Below, piece after piece: positions 39,948-47,720 of a DNA stretch of 64,000 nucleotides. Under the pieces are notes generated by a model. The model was not told where the DNA came from. It ran no database searches and was given only the letters and a program-made list of their open reading frames with translations. This DNA is from an uncultured delta proteobacterium (GTDB lineage: Bacteria; Desulfobacterota; Binatia; UBA9968), in the NCBI GenBank assembly GCA_963803415.1, contig CAWDMI010000006.1, positions 92,399 to 156,398 on the forward strand, read 5' to 3'. A program made the position numbers and the translations under genes. How positions within the stretch are numbered: position 1 is the stretch's first letter; each line of letters starts with the position of its first letter.

Positions 39948-41321
39948 TTACCGCCCTAACACCCTCGCATCCAGAACCTCAATAACATTGGTGAGCCACT
40001 TTTCCCACCCAAAGACCTGCACTATTGCTCCTGGTTCGAGGGCGTCAGTCGTTGTAGAGTCTTTGAGGCGACACCACAATTCTCTTTCTCCCTCTATCAC
40101 CAAACACAAGAGCCCACTCATCATATCTTTTTCCTTAATCCGACCGGAGAGCAAAACCGCGAGGCCAAATCTGTGCCACAGCAACCTCAGATAGAGATCC
40201 TCTGGGTCTTTCAGTGGCCTGAGAATTCGGCGGCCCTCTCTCGGCGGAAGGTCTTCCAGGAGATATCCCCGATGGCGCTCTAGAAAAACAATTGTTTGCG
40301 GGCAGAGTCCAAGGCCGCAAAAGAGAGAAAAGCCTGCGCCATGTAGGCTGCGGAGATGCCCTATGTCCTGGATATCCTCCACGACAACCGCAATCGCGGG
40401 ATGATTCTCGTGGGACGCAAGGTCCTTCAACCCTTCGAAAACATCAGGAGGAAGTGGCTGCCTGAGATAAAGAGCTACCTCCTTTACGGATTGCGCCTTA
40501 TCGATCAATTCTCTGACGGTAAGCCGATCAAAAGCGCGGCGTGCCGGTCCGATTTCGTCTGCTGATAATTTGTCTTTTCGCTGCCGGAGGAGATGACGCC
40601 CCATTTCGTTGGTGAACACCCCCGGTTTGCCCACCAAAAACTCCATTGCGACTTTCCAGGATCCTCTCTCTTTAGATGTCAGCTCGTGCTCAAAACGGTG
40701 ATCTAGCTTTCTTATGAATTCTTCCAGAGTGTCTCTCAAGGCTTGAGCTTTTCTCTGCTGCACTTCCATGAGAAAGGGAAAATTCGCGTGCCGAGAGTGC
40801 TTCTCTTGCAAGGCAGTGAAATGCCCCAAACAGATCCCTTGCGAGGATTTGTAGGCTTCCAGGAATTCACCGTCTCGGATGAAATCAAGTAGATCTTTGA
40901 AGGAGTAAGATTCAAATTCGTTGACGTAAACACAAGCCGGACAGGGCGCTTCCTTCATACGCGCAGAAAGCGTTCGTTTAACTTTGCCGAGTAAGTATTT
41001 TAGCGTCCGCTTTTTTTGAGGCCTTTTACTTAGGTCATCGGTCAAGAATATAAATTTCCTTAAGAGGTCGGAGGCAAAAATGGCAAAGCCTGCGTCAGGT
41101 GAGCAGATCACTGGTAACGAGGGAACTTGCCAGGTATGCCAGTTACAAAAGCCAAAGGACCTCATTAATTGAAGTCGAATGGGAACGTCGAGAACCGATT
41201 CGTAGAAAAGTGCGTCGAGATAGTGCCGGCTAGTTTGGATGGCGAGATGGCAAATCGGGCAACCGGCTTCCTGGAGTGCATTCAAGAGCTTGAAGTAAGA
41301 ATAGCCTTTGTCCACGCTCAT
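39948..41321 (-). CDS. DUF6062-like Cys/His-rich protein with C-terminal extension
   Basis: Two repeats: CPIC...GFCNWH and CPAC...GICLGH; EFIRKLDHRF. Confidence 0.7.
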   Translation of the reverse strand: MSVDKGYSYFKLLNALQEAGCPICHLAIQTSRHYLDALFYESVLDVPIRLQLMRSFGFCNWHTWQVPSLPVICSPDAGFAIFASDLLRKFIFLTDDLSKRPQKKRTLKYLLGKVKRTLSARMKEAPCPACVYVNEFESYSFKDLLDFIRDGEFLEAYKSSQGICLGHFTALQEKHSRHANFPFLMEVQQRKAQALRDTLEEFIRKLDHRFEHELTSKERGSWKVAMEFLVGKPGVFTNEMGRHLLRQRKDKLSADEIGPARRAFDRLTVRELIDKAQSVKEVALYLRQPLPPDVFEGLKDLASHENHPAIAVVVEDIQDIGHLRSLHGAGFSLFCGLGLCPQTIVFLERHRGYLLEDLPPREGRRILRPLKDPEDLYLRLLWHRFGLAVLLSGRIKEKDMMSGLLCLVIEGERELWCRLKDSTTTDALEPGAIVQVFGWEKWLTNVIEVLDARVLGR

Positions 41322-41348
41322 ATGATTCCGGATTAAACCGATTGTTGA

Positions 41349-41435
41349 TCAGCGCAGCGGCCGCCGGCTTACAAAGCCCTGAAGGCATGAGCGCGAAGAC
41401 ATCACAGGGACATCAGAGATGATCGCAATGCGCAT
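41349..41435 (-). pseudogene. Remnant N-terminus of a metallophosphoesterase
   Basis: GGAGG RBS then MRIAIISDV (start of the DxH motif), after which homology breaks off and the ORF ends at 28 aa. Confidence 0.5.
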
Positions 41436-41470
41436 GAATGACCTCCAGGTATAGCCGATTTGTGATGGAA

Positions 41471-41899
41471 TCAATTCCCACTCTTAATGACGAGCACGGA
41501 GCAGTGGGCGTGGTCTACCACCTTATCTACTGTGGCGCCTAGAACCCTCCTTCTCAGAGCTGAGTGAGGGTTTATCCCCATAATGACCAGGTCCGCTTTT
41601 AAATCTTCGGCGATCCTCACGATCACATCCCCGGGCTTGCCGAAATCTATATGGATTTTTGCAGACAGGCCTCGTTGGTTAAGATTGTTGATTGCTTCGT
41701 CCATAATCTTGGAATAAAAGTTCTTTGCTTGTTCCCTTGCTTCTTCCACTTCGCTCACGGTCTCCGCGTATTCCGGAATCCTGCCGACAGCCAATATGTG
41801 AAGTTCAGTCGTCGCAGCCTTGGCAAGCTCCGCCACCCTTTCGAGAGCGACCTTTGCGCCATGGGAACCATCGTACGCGAATAAGACTTTGTTAAACAT
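41471..41899 (-). CDS. Universal stress protein (UspA family)
   Basis: KVLFAYDGS, ADLVIMG, LGATVDKVVDHAHCSVLVIK. Confidence 0.92.
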   Translation of the reverse strand: MFNKVLFAYDGSHGAKVALERVAELAKAATTELHILAVGRIPEYAETVSEVEEAREQAKNFYSKIMDEAINNLNQRGLSAKIHIDFGKPGDVIVRIAEDLKADLVIMGINPHSALRRRVLGATVDKVVDHAHCSVLVIKSGN

Positions 41900-43055
41900 T
41901 GTCCTTCTCTCCTTTTGTTTCGAATAGGATGTCTCGTTCCCTGCCCTTTGGTTCAAAAAAGGCTTGAGCGATGAGTGTCGGGATTATAGCGGTCAAGATA
42001 ACGACGACGACAAGAATTGAGTATTGCTCCCTGTTGATGATCGCGTGCGTAAGTCCGTATAGGGCGGAGATGGTTCCGAACGTCAGCCCCGTGCTCATCA
42101 TTAGGGTGGTATAGAGATTGATCTTTGTGGTGAAGCGGAAAAGTGCCCCGGCTGGATACAAGGCGAGAAATTTGGCGAGACTCTTGGCCAAGAAGAAGAC
42201 GACGACCAAGCCAAAAGCTGTGACCACAGCCTTTAGATCAACCAGGCTACCGGCTTTAAGAAAGTAGAACGGGGTAAGCAGCGCAAACGTGGTGGCTCGC
42301 ATCCTCTTTATCAGCTCCCTGTTGGCCAGAAACGTATCGGCCAAGACCATACCAACCAGATAGGCGGGAAGCACCCCCTCGCTGCCGCCTCGCACCGCGA
42401 GATACGCGAGGACCAAGAGGACAAGGTAGAGGTACTTCACCTCAGGCTCGCTGGAATGCGCGTTGACTCTCTTGAGATAGTAAGGCGTAATTTTCGGGAG
42501 AACAATCAGGGCTACAGCGGTCACGGCCAAAAAGATCCAGAACCAAACTCCGAAGCTGGTAAAGAGCAATCCTAAGGCGATGACGGTTCCAAGATCATCC
42601 ACAAAACAGGCGGCGAGAATTAGTTTTCCTATCGGTGTCTCGTTCAGTCCGGTTTCCACCATGACCGCATAGACCACGGCAACCGACGTAGTGGACATGG
42701 CAATCCCGGCGATTTGTGCTGCTCTGAGATCCCAGCCGAGGAGGAGCTGAGCCGCCAGCCATGACAGAGCGAATGGGGCAAAAAATCCTATAATTCCCAG
42801 GACCAAGCTCTCTTTCCAGAATCTCTTTAAGGTCTGGCTTTCAAGCTCTGCGCCAGCAAGGAACGTTAAGACTATAGCGCCAAAGCTGGCGAGAAAGTTT
42901 ATCCACTCCGTAATCTGCGGCCGAAACGTGTTGCCCGCGACGATGCCGACGATGAGCTCGATTAAGGCGACGGAAATTCCGATCCTTAAAGAGACGAGAC
43001 TTGATATCAGGGCAAGAAAAATCCAGACGGATGCGTCCCACCAGAGCTGTTCCAT
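41892..43055 (-). CDS. Cation:proton antiporter (CPA2 / Na+/H+ exchanger family)
   Basis: About 12 TM segments; FLAGAE, STTSVAVV, ACFVDDLG. Confidence 0.9.
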   Translation of the reverse strand: MEQLWWDASVWIFLALISSLVSLRIGISVALIELIVGIVAGNTFRPQITEWINFLASFGAIVLTFLAGAELESQTLKRFWKESLVLGIIGFFAPFALSWLAAQLLLGWDLRAAQIAGIAMSTTSVAVVYAVMVETGLNETPIGKLILAACFVDDLGTVIALGLLFTSFGVWFWIFLAVTAVALIVLPKITPYYLKRVNAHSSEPEVKYLYLVLLVLAYLAVRGGSEGVLPAYLVGMVLADTFLANRELIKRMRATTFALLTPFYFLKAGSLVDLKAVVTAFGLVVVFFLAKSLAKFLALYPAGALFRFTTKINLYTTLMMSTGLTFGTISALYGLTHAIINREQYSILVVVVILTAIIPTLIAQAFFEPKGRERDILFETKGEKDNV

Positions 43056-43071
43056 AGATGTAACTCCTGTA

Positions 43072-43128
43072 TGAAGGCAGACGTCATCAGCCCTGGTGGG
43101 CGGTTATGGGAGAACGCCATCTCCCGGA
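43072..43128 (-). ncRNA. Fluoride (crcB) riboswitch
   Basis: Minus strand reads GGAGATGGCGTTCTCC-CATAACCGC-CCACCAGG-GCTGATGACGTCTG, matching the crcB motif, directly upstream of the antiporter RBS. Confidence 0.9.
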
Positions 43129-43160
43129 GGCAAGCAATTTCGATTGCCTACTTGCGTTTT

Positions 43161-43189
43161 AAATTATGGGATCATGTTAAGGTTGTCAA
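43161..43189 (-). promoter_or_regulatory. Sigma70-like promoter for the riboswitch operon
   Basis: TTGACA-17 nt-TAATTT on the minus strand about 30 nt upstream of the aptamer. Confidence 0.6.
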
Positions 43190-43217
43190 GAATTCTGAGC
43201 GGCGTCACAGCCGTTCG

Positions 43218-44435
43218 CTATGATGCGGGGATCGCGGCAACAGCGGGGCGTAGCAAAATGACCATCAAGCCTACGCTTACGATGGAGAGGATTCCTAGGA
43301 TCCAAAAGATCGTCGCCAGATCTGTGGTTACGAGGAGCATACCGACAATAGACGTCGATGTTGTCTTGGAAACTTGCTGGATCAGCCGGTCGAATGAAAT
43401 AATCCCGCCGCGCAACTCGCGCGGGGCGTTTTGCGTCAGCAGGCTTTTCTGCATTGGGGAGATGGCGCCGTTTGCCAATCCATAAAAGAAAAGCGACATC
43501 CCAACAAGCCACACGCCGGGAAGCAAAGGAACCACAACCAGGGTGGTTCCGCTGATGAGAAAGGCGACGAAGAGAAGCCTGGTAGTGTCAAAGGCGGCTG
43601 CCAGCCGGCCTGACTGGCTTGAAGTTATCATCGCACCGATGGAAAAGAAGATATACAGGAGTCCAGCCGTTGCCGTCGATATGCCATGCGTGCGGACGAG
43701 AAAGAGGGGAAAGTAGGTGAGGAAGCCGTAATCAAGAAAAAAACGCAGGAACCCGGCTGAGAAAGCGACCATAAGGCGGGGATGGCGCGTGAGGCGAAGG
43801 ACGTCCCTGAGATAGGTCTTAGATTCTGTCTTGGTGCTGGCTTTCGTCTCCGGCATCCAGAGAAAAACGAGCGCCCCGAGAGGAACCGTAAGGGAATAGA
43901 AGAGAAAAGGCCAATACCATGCAATGGCGGCGAGGATTCCACCAAGCGGCGGAAACACCAGATATCCGACGCGGTCGAGAAAGACTTTAAGTCCCTGCCC
44001 TCCGACTTCGTTGTGTCCTTCGAGCATGTCTCCGATCAAGACGATGGTGAGCGGGATCACAGCGCTGAAAGCGACTCCCTGAAGCGTTCGTAGAACGAGG
44101 ACCCAGAAGAAACTTGGAGCCAGCGCGATCGACGCTCCGCTCAGACCGTAGAGAACCAGTCCCCAGGCGAGGAGGAGTCGCCGGCCGTAGAGGTCAGCCA
44201 CTGCTCCAAAAAACGGCGCCAGTACGATCGCCGGAGCGGTATAGAGAGTCATGATGAGAGAAAGGGCAGAGTCACTAACACCAAACGGCTGGGTCATTGC
44301 TGGAAGAGCAGGTTGGATGAAGTTAACGCCCATGATCAGGGCGAGGCTCGAGGCATAAACCAGCGCAAGGGTTCGGCGTTGGACTGGGCCTAGCTCACCG
44401 AGACCGAAGAGGGTGGGCAAAGATAGGGAACGCAT
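43218..44435 (-). CDS. MFS transporter
   Basis: GAVADLYGRR motif A, 12 TM pattern, WMPET. Confidence 0.9.
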   Translation of the reverse strand: MRSLSLPTLFGLGELGPVQRRTLALVYASSLALIMGVNFIQPALPAMTQPFGVSDSALSLIMTLYTAPAIVLAPFFGAVADLYGRRLLLAWGLVLYGLSGASIALAPSFFWVLVLRTLQGVAFSAVIPLTIVLIGDMLEGHNEVGGQGLKVFLDRVGYLVFPPLGGILAAIAWYWPFLFYSLTVPLGALVFLWMPETKASTKTESKTYLRDVLRLTRHPRLMVAFSAGFLRFFLDYGFLTYFPLFLVRTHGISTATAGLLYIFFSIGAMITSSQSGRLAAAFDTTRLLFVAFLISGTTLVVVPLLPGVWLVGMSLFFYGLANGAISPMQKSLLTQNAPRELRGGIISFDRLIQQVSKTTSTSIVGMLLVTTDLATIFWILGILSIVSVGLMVILLRPAVAAIPAS

Positions 44436-44657
44436 GATCACAAAGCGGGGGAATCTAATTCAACAGGCAGGAAAAAGCAACCAGGTAGAGCGCTGAGGGC
44501 CTGTATGGAGGTCCCGCTTCGTCCCTGCAACGACTGTAGAAATACCCCTCAGAAGGGCCTCTTGCCAGAGGTTAGGGTTTTCTCCTACAATCGCCGACCG
44601 TGGTGGAACTGGATTTTCATAGCGGCCGTGTGAGGAAACAATAGGCCATAGAACCCG

Positions 44658-45641
44658 ATGCGAAACGATCAGGTCAGCCGGCAGTGGCATTTGCTCCGGC
44701 GGTTAGAGGGTTCTCGGGGAGTCACCCTGCAGGAACTCGTTGACGGCCTGCCGGAAGACTTCCCCAAGAATTCCCGCACAATCCGGCGCGACCTGGAGGC
44801 GCTTAGTGAAGTTGGGTTTCCTCTCTACACCGAGCGCGCCAATGGACAAACGCGCTGGAAGCTCATGGAGGGGTTCCGGAACATCCCGGCGCTCGGCTTC
44901 TCCGCGACCGAGCTGATGGCCCTTGTTTTCAGCCGCAACCTTCTGCGGCCCTTGGAAGGCACCGAGATCCAAGCGTCTCTTTCTTCAGCGCTGACCAAAG
45001 CGGCGGCGGCCTTGCCGCCCCAGGGCCACGAGTATGTCCGTGACATGGAAAAAGTCTTTTCCGTGGGGTTGGGTCCACATAAGAGCTACCGCCAACACAA
45101 AGAAACCATTGACCCTATCTCGCAAGCGATCTCGCAAGCAAAAACGGCGCAGATGCGGTATTTTTCCGCCTCACGCAACACTACGGCTCGGAGGGAGGTC
45201 GATCCGTATCGCCTTTGGTATGCGGCAGGCGGCCTCTATCTGATCGCTTACTGCCATCTCCGTAACGACGTGAGAATGTTCTCCGTCGAGCGTATCCGCT
45301 CTATCACGCTCACGGATCATCCCTATCAGCTCCCTTTGGGCTTCGATGTGGAAGAGTATGTTCAAGACGCGCTCATGGTTATGCGCGGTCGGCGAATAGA
45401 CGTGGAGCTTTTGTTTTCAAAGACGGCAGCGGCTTGGGTGAAAGACAAGCTCTGGCATCCAAGTCAGCAAACCAGTTTATCTAGGGATGGACGGTTGCGG
45501 ATGGCGCTGAAGGTGGCTGATACGGATGAGTTGGTTGGATGGATCTTGAGCTTTGGCAGCCAGGTCCGCGTCGTTGGGCCCGATAAATTGAGGCAGAAAG
45601 TCAAAGAAGAAGCCGGAAGAATAGTGAGTTCAAAAGTTTAA
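44658..45641 (+). CDS. WYL-domain transcriptional regulator (wHTH-WYL-WCX)
   Basis: RTIRRDLEAL HTH; RREVDPYRL...LYLIAYCHLRNDVRMFSVERI; WILSFGSQVRVVGP. Confidence 0.93.
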   Translation: MRNDQVSRQWHLLRRLEGSRGVTLQELVDGLPEDFPKNSRTIRRDLEALSEVGFPLYTERANGQTRWKLMEGFRNIPALGFSATELMALVFSRNLLRPLEGTEIQASLSSALTKAAAALPPQGHEYVRDMEKVFSVGLGPHKSYRQHKETIDPISQAISQAKTAQMRYFSASRNTTARREVDPYRLWYAAGGLYLIAYCHLRNDVRMFSVERIRSITLTDHPYQLPLGFDVEEYVQDALMVMRGRRIDVELLFSKTAAAWVKDKLWHPSQQTSLSRDGRLRMALKVADTDELVGWILSFGSQVRVVGPDKLRQKVKEEAGRIVSSKV

Positions 45642-45786
45642 CGGTTCAAAGGTTCAACGACCGATGCAGAATTTTTGAACTCTTGAACCCTTGAATTTTC
45701 AACGAGCGGATTTTTGAACAGCTTGAACTTTTGAACTCTGGGACCTCGAACTTCTTTTAGAAGTTGAACCTTTGAACTTTTAAACC
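45628..45786. repeat. Degenerate 8-bp tandem repeats: GTTCAA-core x4, then inverted TTGAAC-core x~10
   Basis: GTTYAA at 45628, 45636, 45644, 45652; TTGAAC at 45675, 45683, 45714, 45723, 45731, 45764, 45772. Confidence 0.85.
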
Positions 45787-45804
45787 AAAACGGTAGGAGG
45801 GCAC

Positions 45805-46248
45805 ATGGCAGCAAAATATTTCGAAGATTTGGAGGCCTGGAAAGAAGCCCGGCGTTTAACCAATAAGATTTATGCCGCTACACGTTCCCCTGGTTTTTCA
45901 AAAGACTTTGGTCTGAGAGATCAGATTCAGCGCGCCGTGGTGTCAATCATGTCGAATATCGCTGAAGGGTTTGAACGAGGAGGGAATCAAGAATTCGTCC
46001 AGTTCCTCTACATCGCCAAAGGGTCATGCGGTGAGGTACGATCACTGCTTTACGTAGCCCTAGATCAAGGATACATCACGCGTGAACTGTTCGTTGAAAT
46101 GTCCAACTCGTCCAAAAGGCTGTCGGGCATGCTGGCCGGTCTGATCGACTATCTAAAAGGAAGCCGCATGCGGGGGGAAAAGTATAAGAAACCGGAATAT
46201 AAATCTTTGCGGGAAGAGCTGGAAGAGCTGACAAAGCAAACACCTTGA
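45805..46248 (+). CDS. Four-helix-bundle protein (23S rRNA-IVP / bAvd-like, TIGR02436-type)
   Basis: FEDLEAWKEAR, DFGLRDQIQRAVVSIMSNIAEGFER, FLYIAKGSCGEVRS; AGGAGG RBS. Confidence 0.93.
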   Translation: MAAKYFEDLEAWKEARRLTNKIYAATRSPGFSKDFGLRDQIQRAVVSIMSNIAEGFERGGNQEFVQFLYIAKGSCGEVRSLLYVALDQGYITRELFVEMSNSSKRLSGMLAGLIDYLKGSRMRGEKYKKPEYKSLREELEELTKQTP

Positions 46249-46378
46249 AGCCTTTGAACGTGTTTGCTGTTGAGCCCTTAAACGTTTGAACGGCATTTAT
46301 GTTAAACTTTTGAACCACTAACCGATGGAACCCTTGAACCGTTAAAGCTTTGAACCCCAATTTTGAACGTTTGGAACG
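46245..46378. repeat. Degenerate 8-bp TTGAAC-core tandem repeats
   Basis: Cores at 46254, 46270, 46278, 46286, 46302, 46310, 46326, 46334, 46342, 46350, 46363, 46372. Confidence 0.85.
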
Positions 46379-46656
46379 ACAAGGTCGACTTCGTTGTGCG
46401 CAAGGACACCCCATACCGTCGAAGGGAATTCTCCAGGAGGAGAAGGGTTTCGATCGACGATCAGGAGGTTTATGTTGTAGCCGCGGAGGATTTGATCCTG
46501 TCAAAGCTTGAGTGGGCAAAGGATTCCAGGTCGGAAGTTCAACTAACCGACGTTCGAAACCTGCTTCGGTCCGTCAAACGACTTAACCGCCGCTATCTCG
46601 CTCGCTGGGCGAAGCAGCTAGGCGTTGAATCCCTCTACCGGGAGGTTATGCGGTGA
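46379..46656 (+). pseudogene. 5'-truncated nucleotidyltransferase-fold (DUF6036-like) TA component
   Basis: KVDFVVRK...AAEDLILSKLEW...QLTDVRNLL is the C-terminal half; the catalytic GS/DxD N-terminal half is absent, with the repeat tract in its place. Confidence 0.65.
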
Positions 46657-46955
46657 AAGACACCTCGGATGAAATCGACAAAAAGTTTCACAACATGCTG
46701 CTGGCTCGCTCCGGCGAGGAGCGTTTGAAGATGGGTTGCTCGATGCACGCGACTGCGCGCGCGTTAGTCATAGCCTCTGTCCCTCAAAAGGACGCGGTTG
46801 CAGTGAACCGGGCGTTGTTTCTGCGCTTTTACGGCGACGAGTTTGAGCCCAAAAGGCGTAAAAGAATCCTTCGGGCCTTGCACAAAGCCGCCGGGAAGAA
46901 GGGGCAACAGAGACAAAAGGTGACAGAAAAAGAAAAAAAACTTTTTAGATCGTGA
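46653..46955 (+). CDS. Small hypothetical protein, probable partner of the nucleotidyltransferase
   Basis: GTGA overlap; MKDTS...RSGEERLKMGCSM...LFLRFYG. Confidence 0.65.
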   Translation: MKDTSDEIDKKFHNMLLARSGEERLKMGCSMHATARALVIASVPQKDAVAVNRALFLRFYGDEFEPKRRKRILRALHKAAGKKGQQRQKVTEKEKKLFRS

Positions 46956-47045
46956 CTTTGAATCTTCGTTCCGCGGGGTGTGTCAAGTGCCTGGGTCGAG
47001 GACAAAGCGCACAGTGGCAGCGAACCGCCAAATGGAAATAGGTAT

Positions 47046-47063
47046 TACCCAATTAATTGGGTA
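47046..47063. promoter_or_regulatory. Perfect 18-bp palindrome TACCCAATTAATTGGGTA, possible operator
   Basis: Self-complementary; lies in the long AT-rich intergenic region upstream of the helicase. Confidence 0.45.
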
Positions 47064-47149
47064 GTGAATTAGGTAGCGGCAACATGGGATAAGATAATCA
47101 CATCACGAAAAGCCGATGTGATAAGAACTCAGTAGGGCCTTTAAATTTC

Positions 47150-47246
47150 GTAAACGATTTGAACGGAGCGCCTGTCTTGAGCGTAGGGAAGCGAAGTCGA
47201 CGGAAAGCGATTGAACGTATTGAACGATTGGAACGATTTGAACGGA
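47150..47246. repeat. Orphan 9-bp TTGAACG repeats interrupted by a REP-like half element
   Basis: ATTGAACGT ATTGAACGA TTGGAACGA TTTGAACGG; internal CCTGTCTTGAGCGTAG...GTCGACGG. Confidence 0.65.
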
Positions 47247-47258
47247 AGTCGTTCGGAT

Positions 47259-47305
47259 TGACCTCGGATGTCAAAAAAAATCAAAGCGCGTGACCTTATG
47301 TGTCA
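47259..47305. promoter_or_regulatory. Two TGAC-N7-GTCA inverted repeats, candidate WYL operator
   Basis: TGACctcggatGTCA (47259-47273) and TGACcttatgtGTCA (47291-47305), 32 bp apart. Confidence 0.5.
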
Positions 47306-47720
47306 ATCCCTTGTTGTATAAGGTTTGCGAATGAGGAAAGAAAGGTTGCATGGCCATCGTGGATTTGGCGTTTGATTGACCGGCAGCAAGGTTTCCGTGG
47401 ATCACGGATACGCTCTCTATTCGGCGATAAGCCGGCTTTTGCCGGAGATTCATGGAGCAGGAAACATTGGCCTAGATCCACGCAGGGTGCACGTGCGACC
47501 AAACGGGGCCCGACACTTTTTTCCAGCAAAAATTCCCTTGTGAGATTCGGGCCATGTCGCTAAAATGCCTCAAATCTCAGAGGTGGCAGTTTCGGCTCTT
47601 TGCCTTCTTTCCGCTTTCAGCTTTGATTATTCATCCTTGCCTTCATGCCGGAGTCTCCGAACAACAGTCGGTTGATTGCGTGGAATTGCGGCCAACCATA
47701 GTTTCTTCCGGGAGAAGTTC

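Noticed and set aside
45805-46248. Diversity-generating retroelement (Avd-like gene) or rRNA intervening sequence
   Set aside because: No reverse transcriptase, no TR/VR pair with adenine-specific mismatches (the helicase duplicate differs at all base types), and no rRNA in the window
45628-46378. Repeat tracts as a CRISPR array
   Set aside because: Units are degenerate 8-mers without unique spacers, and there are no cas genes
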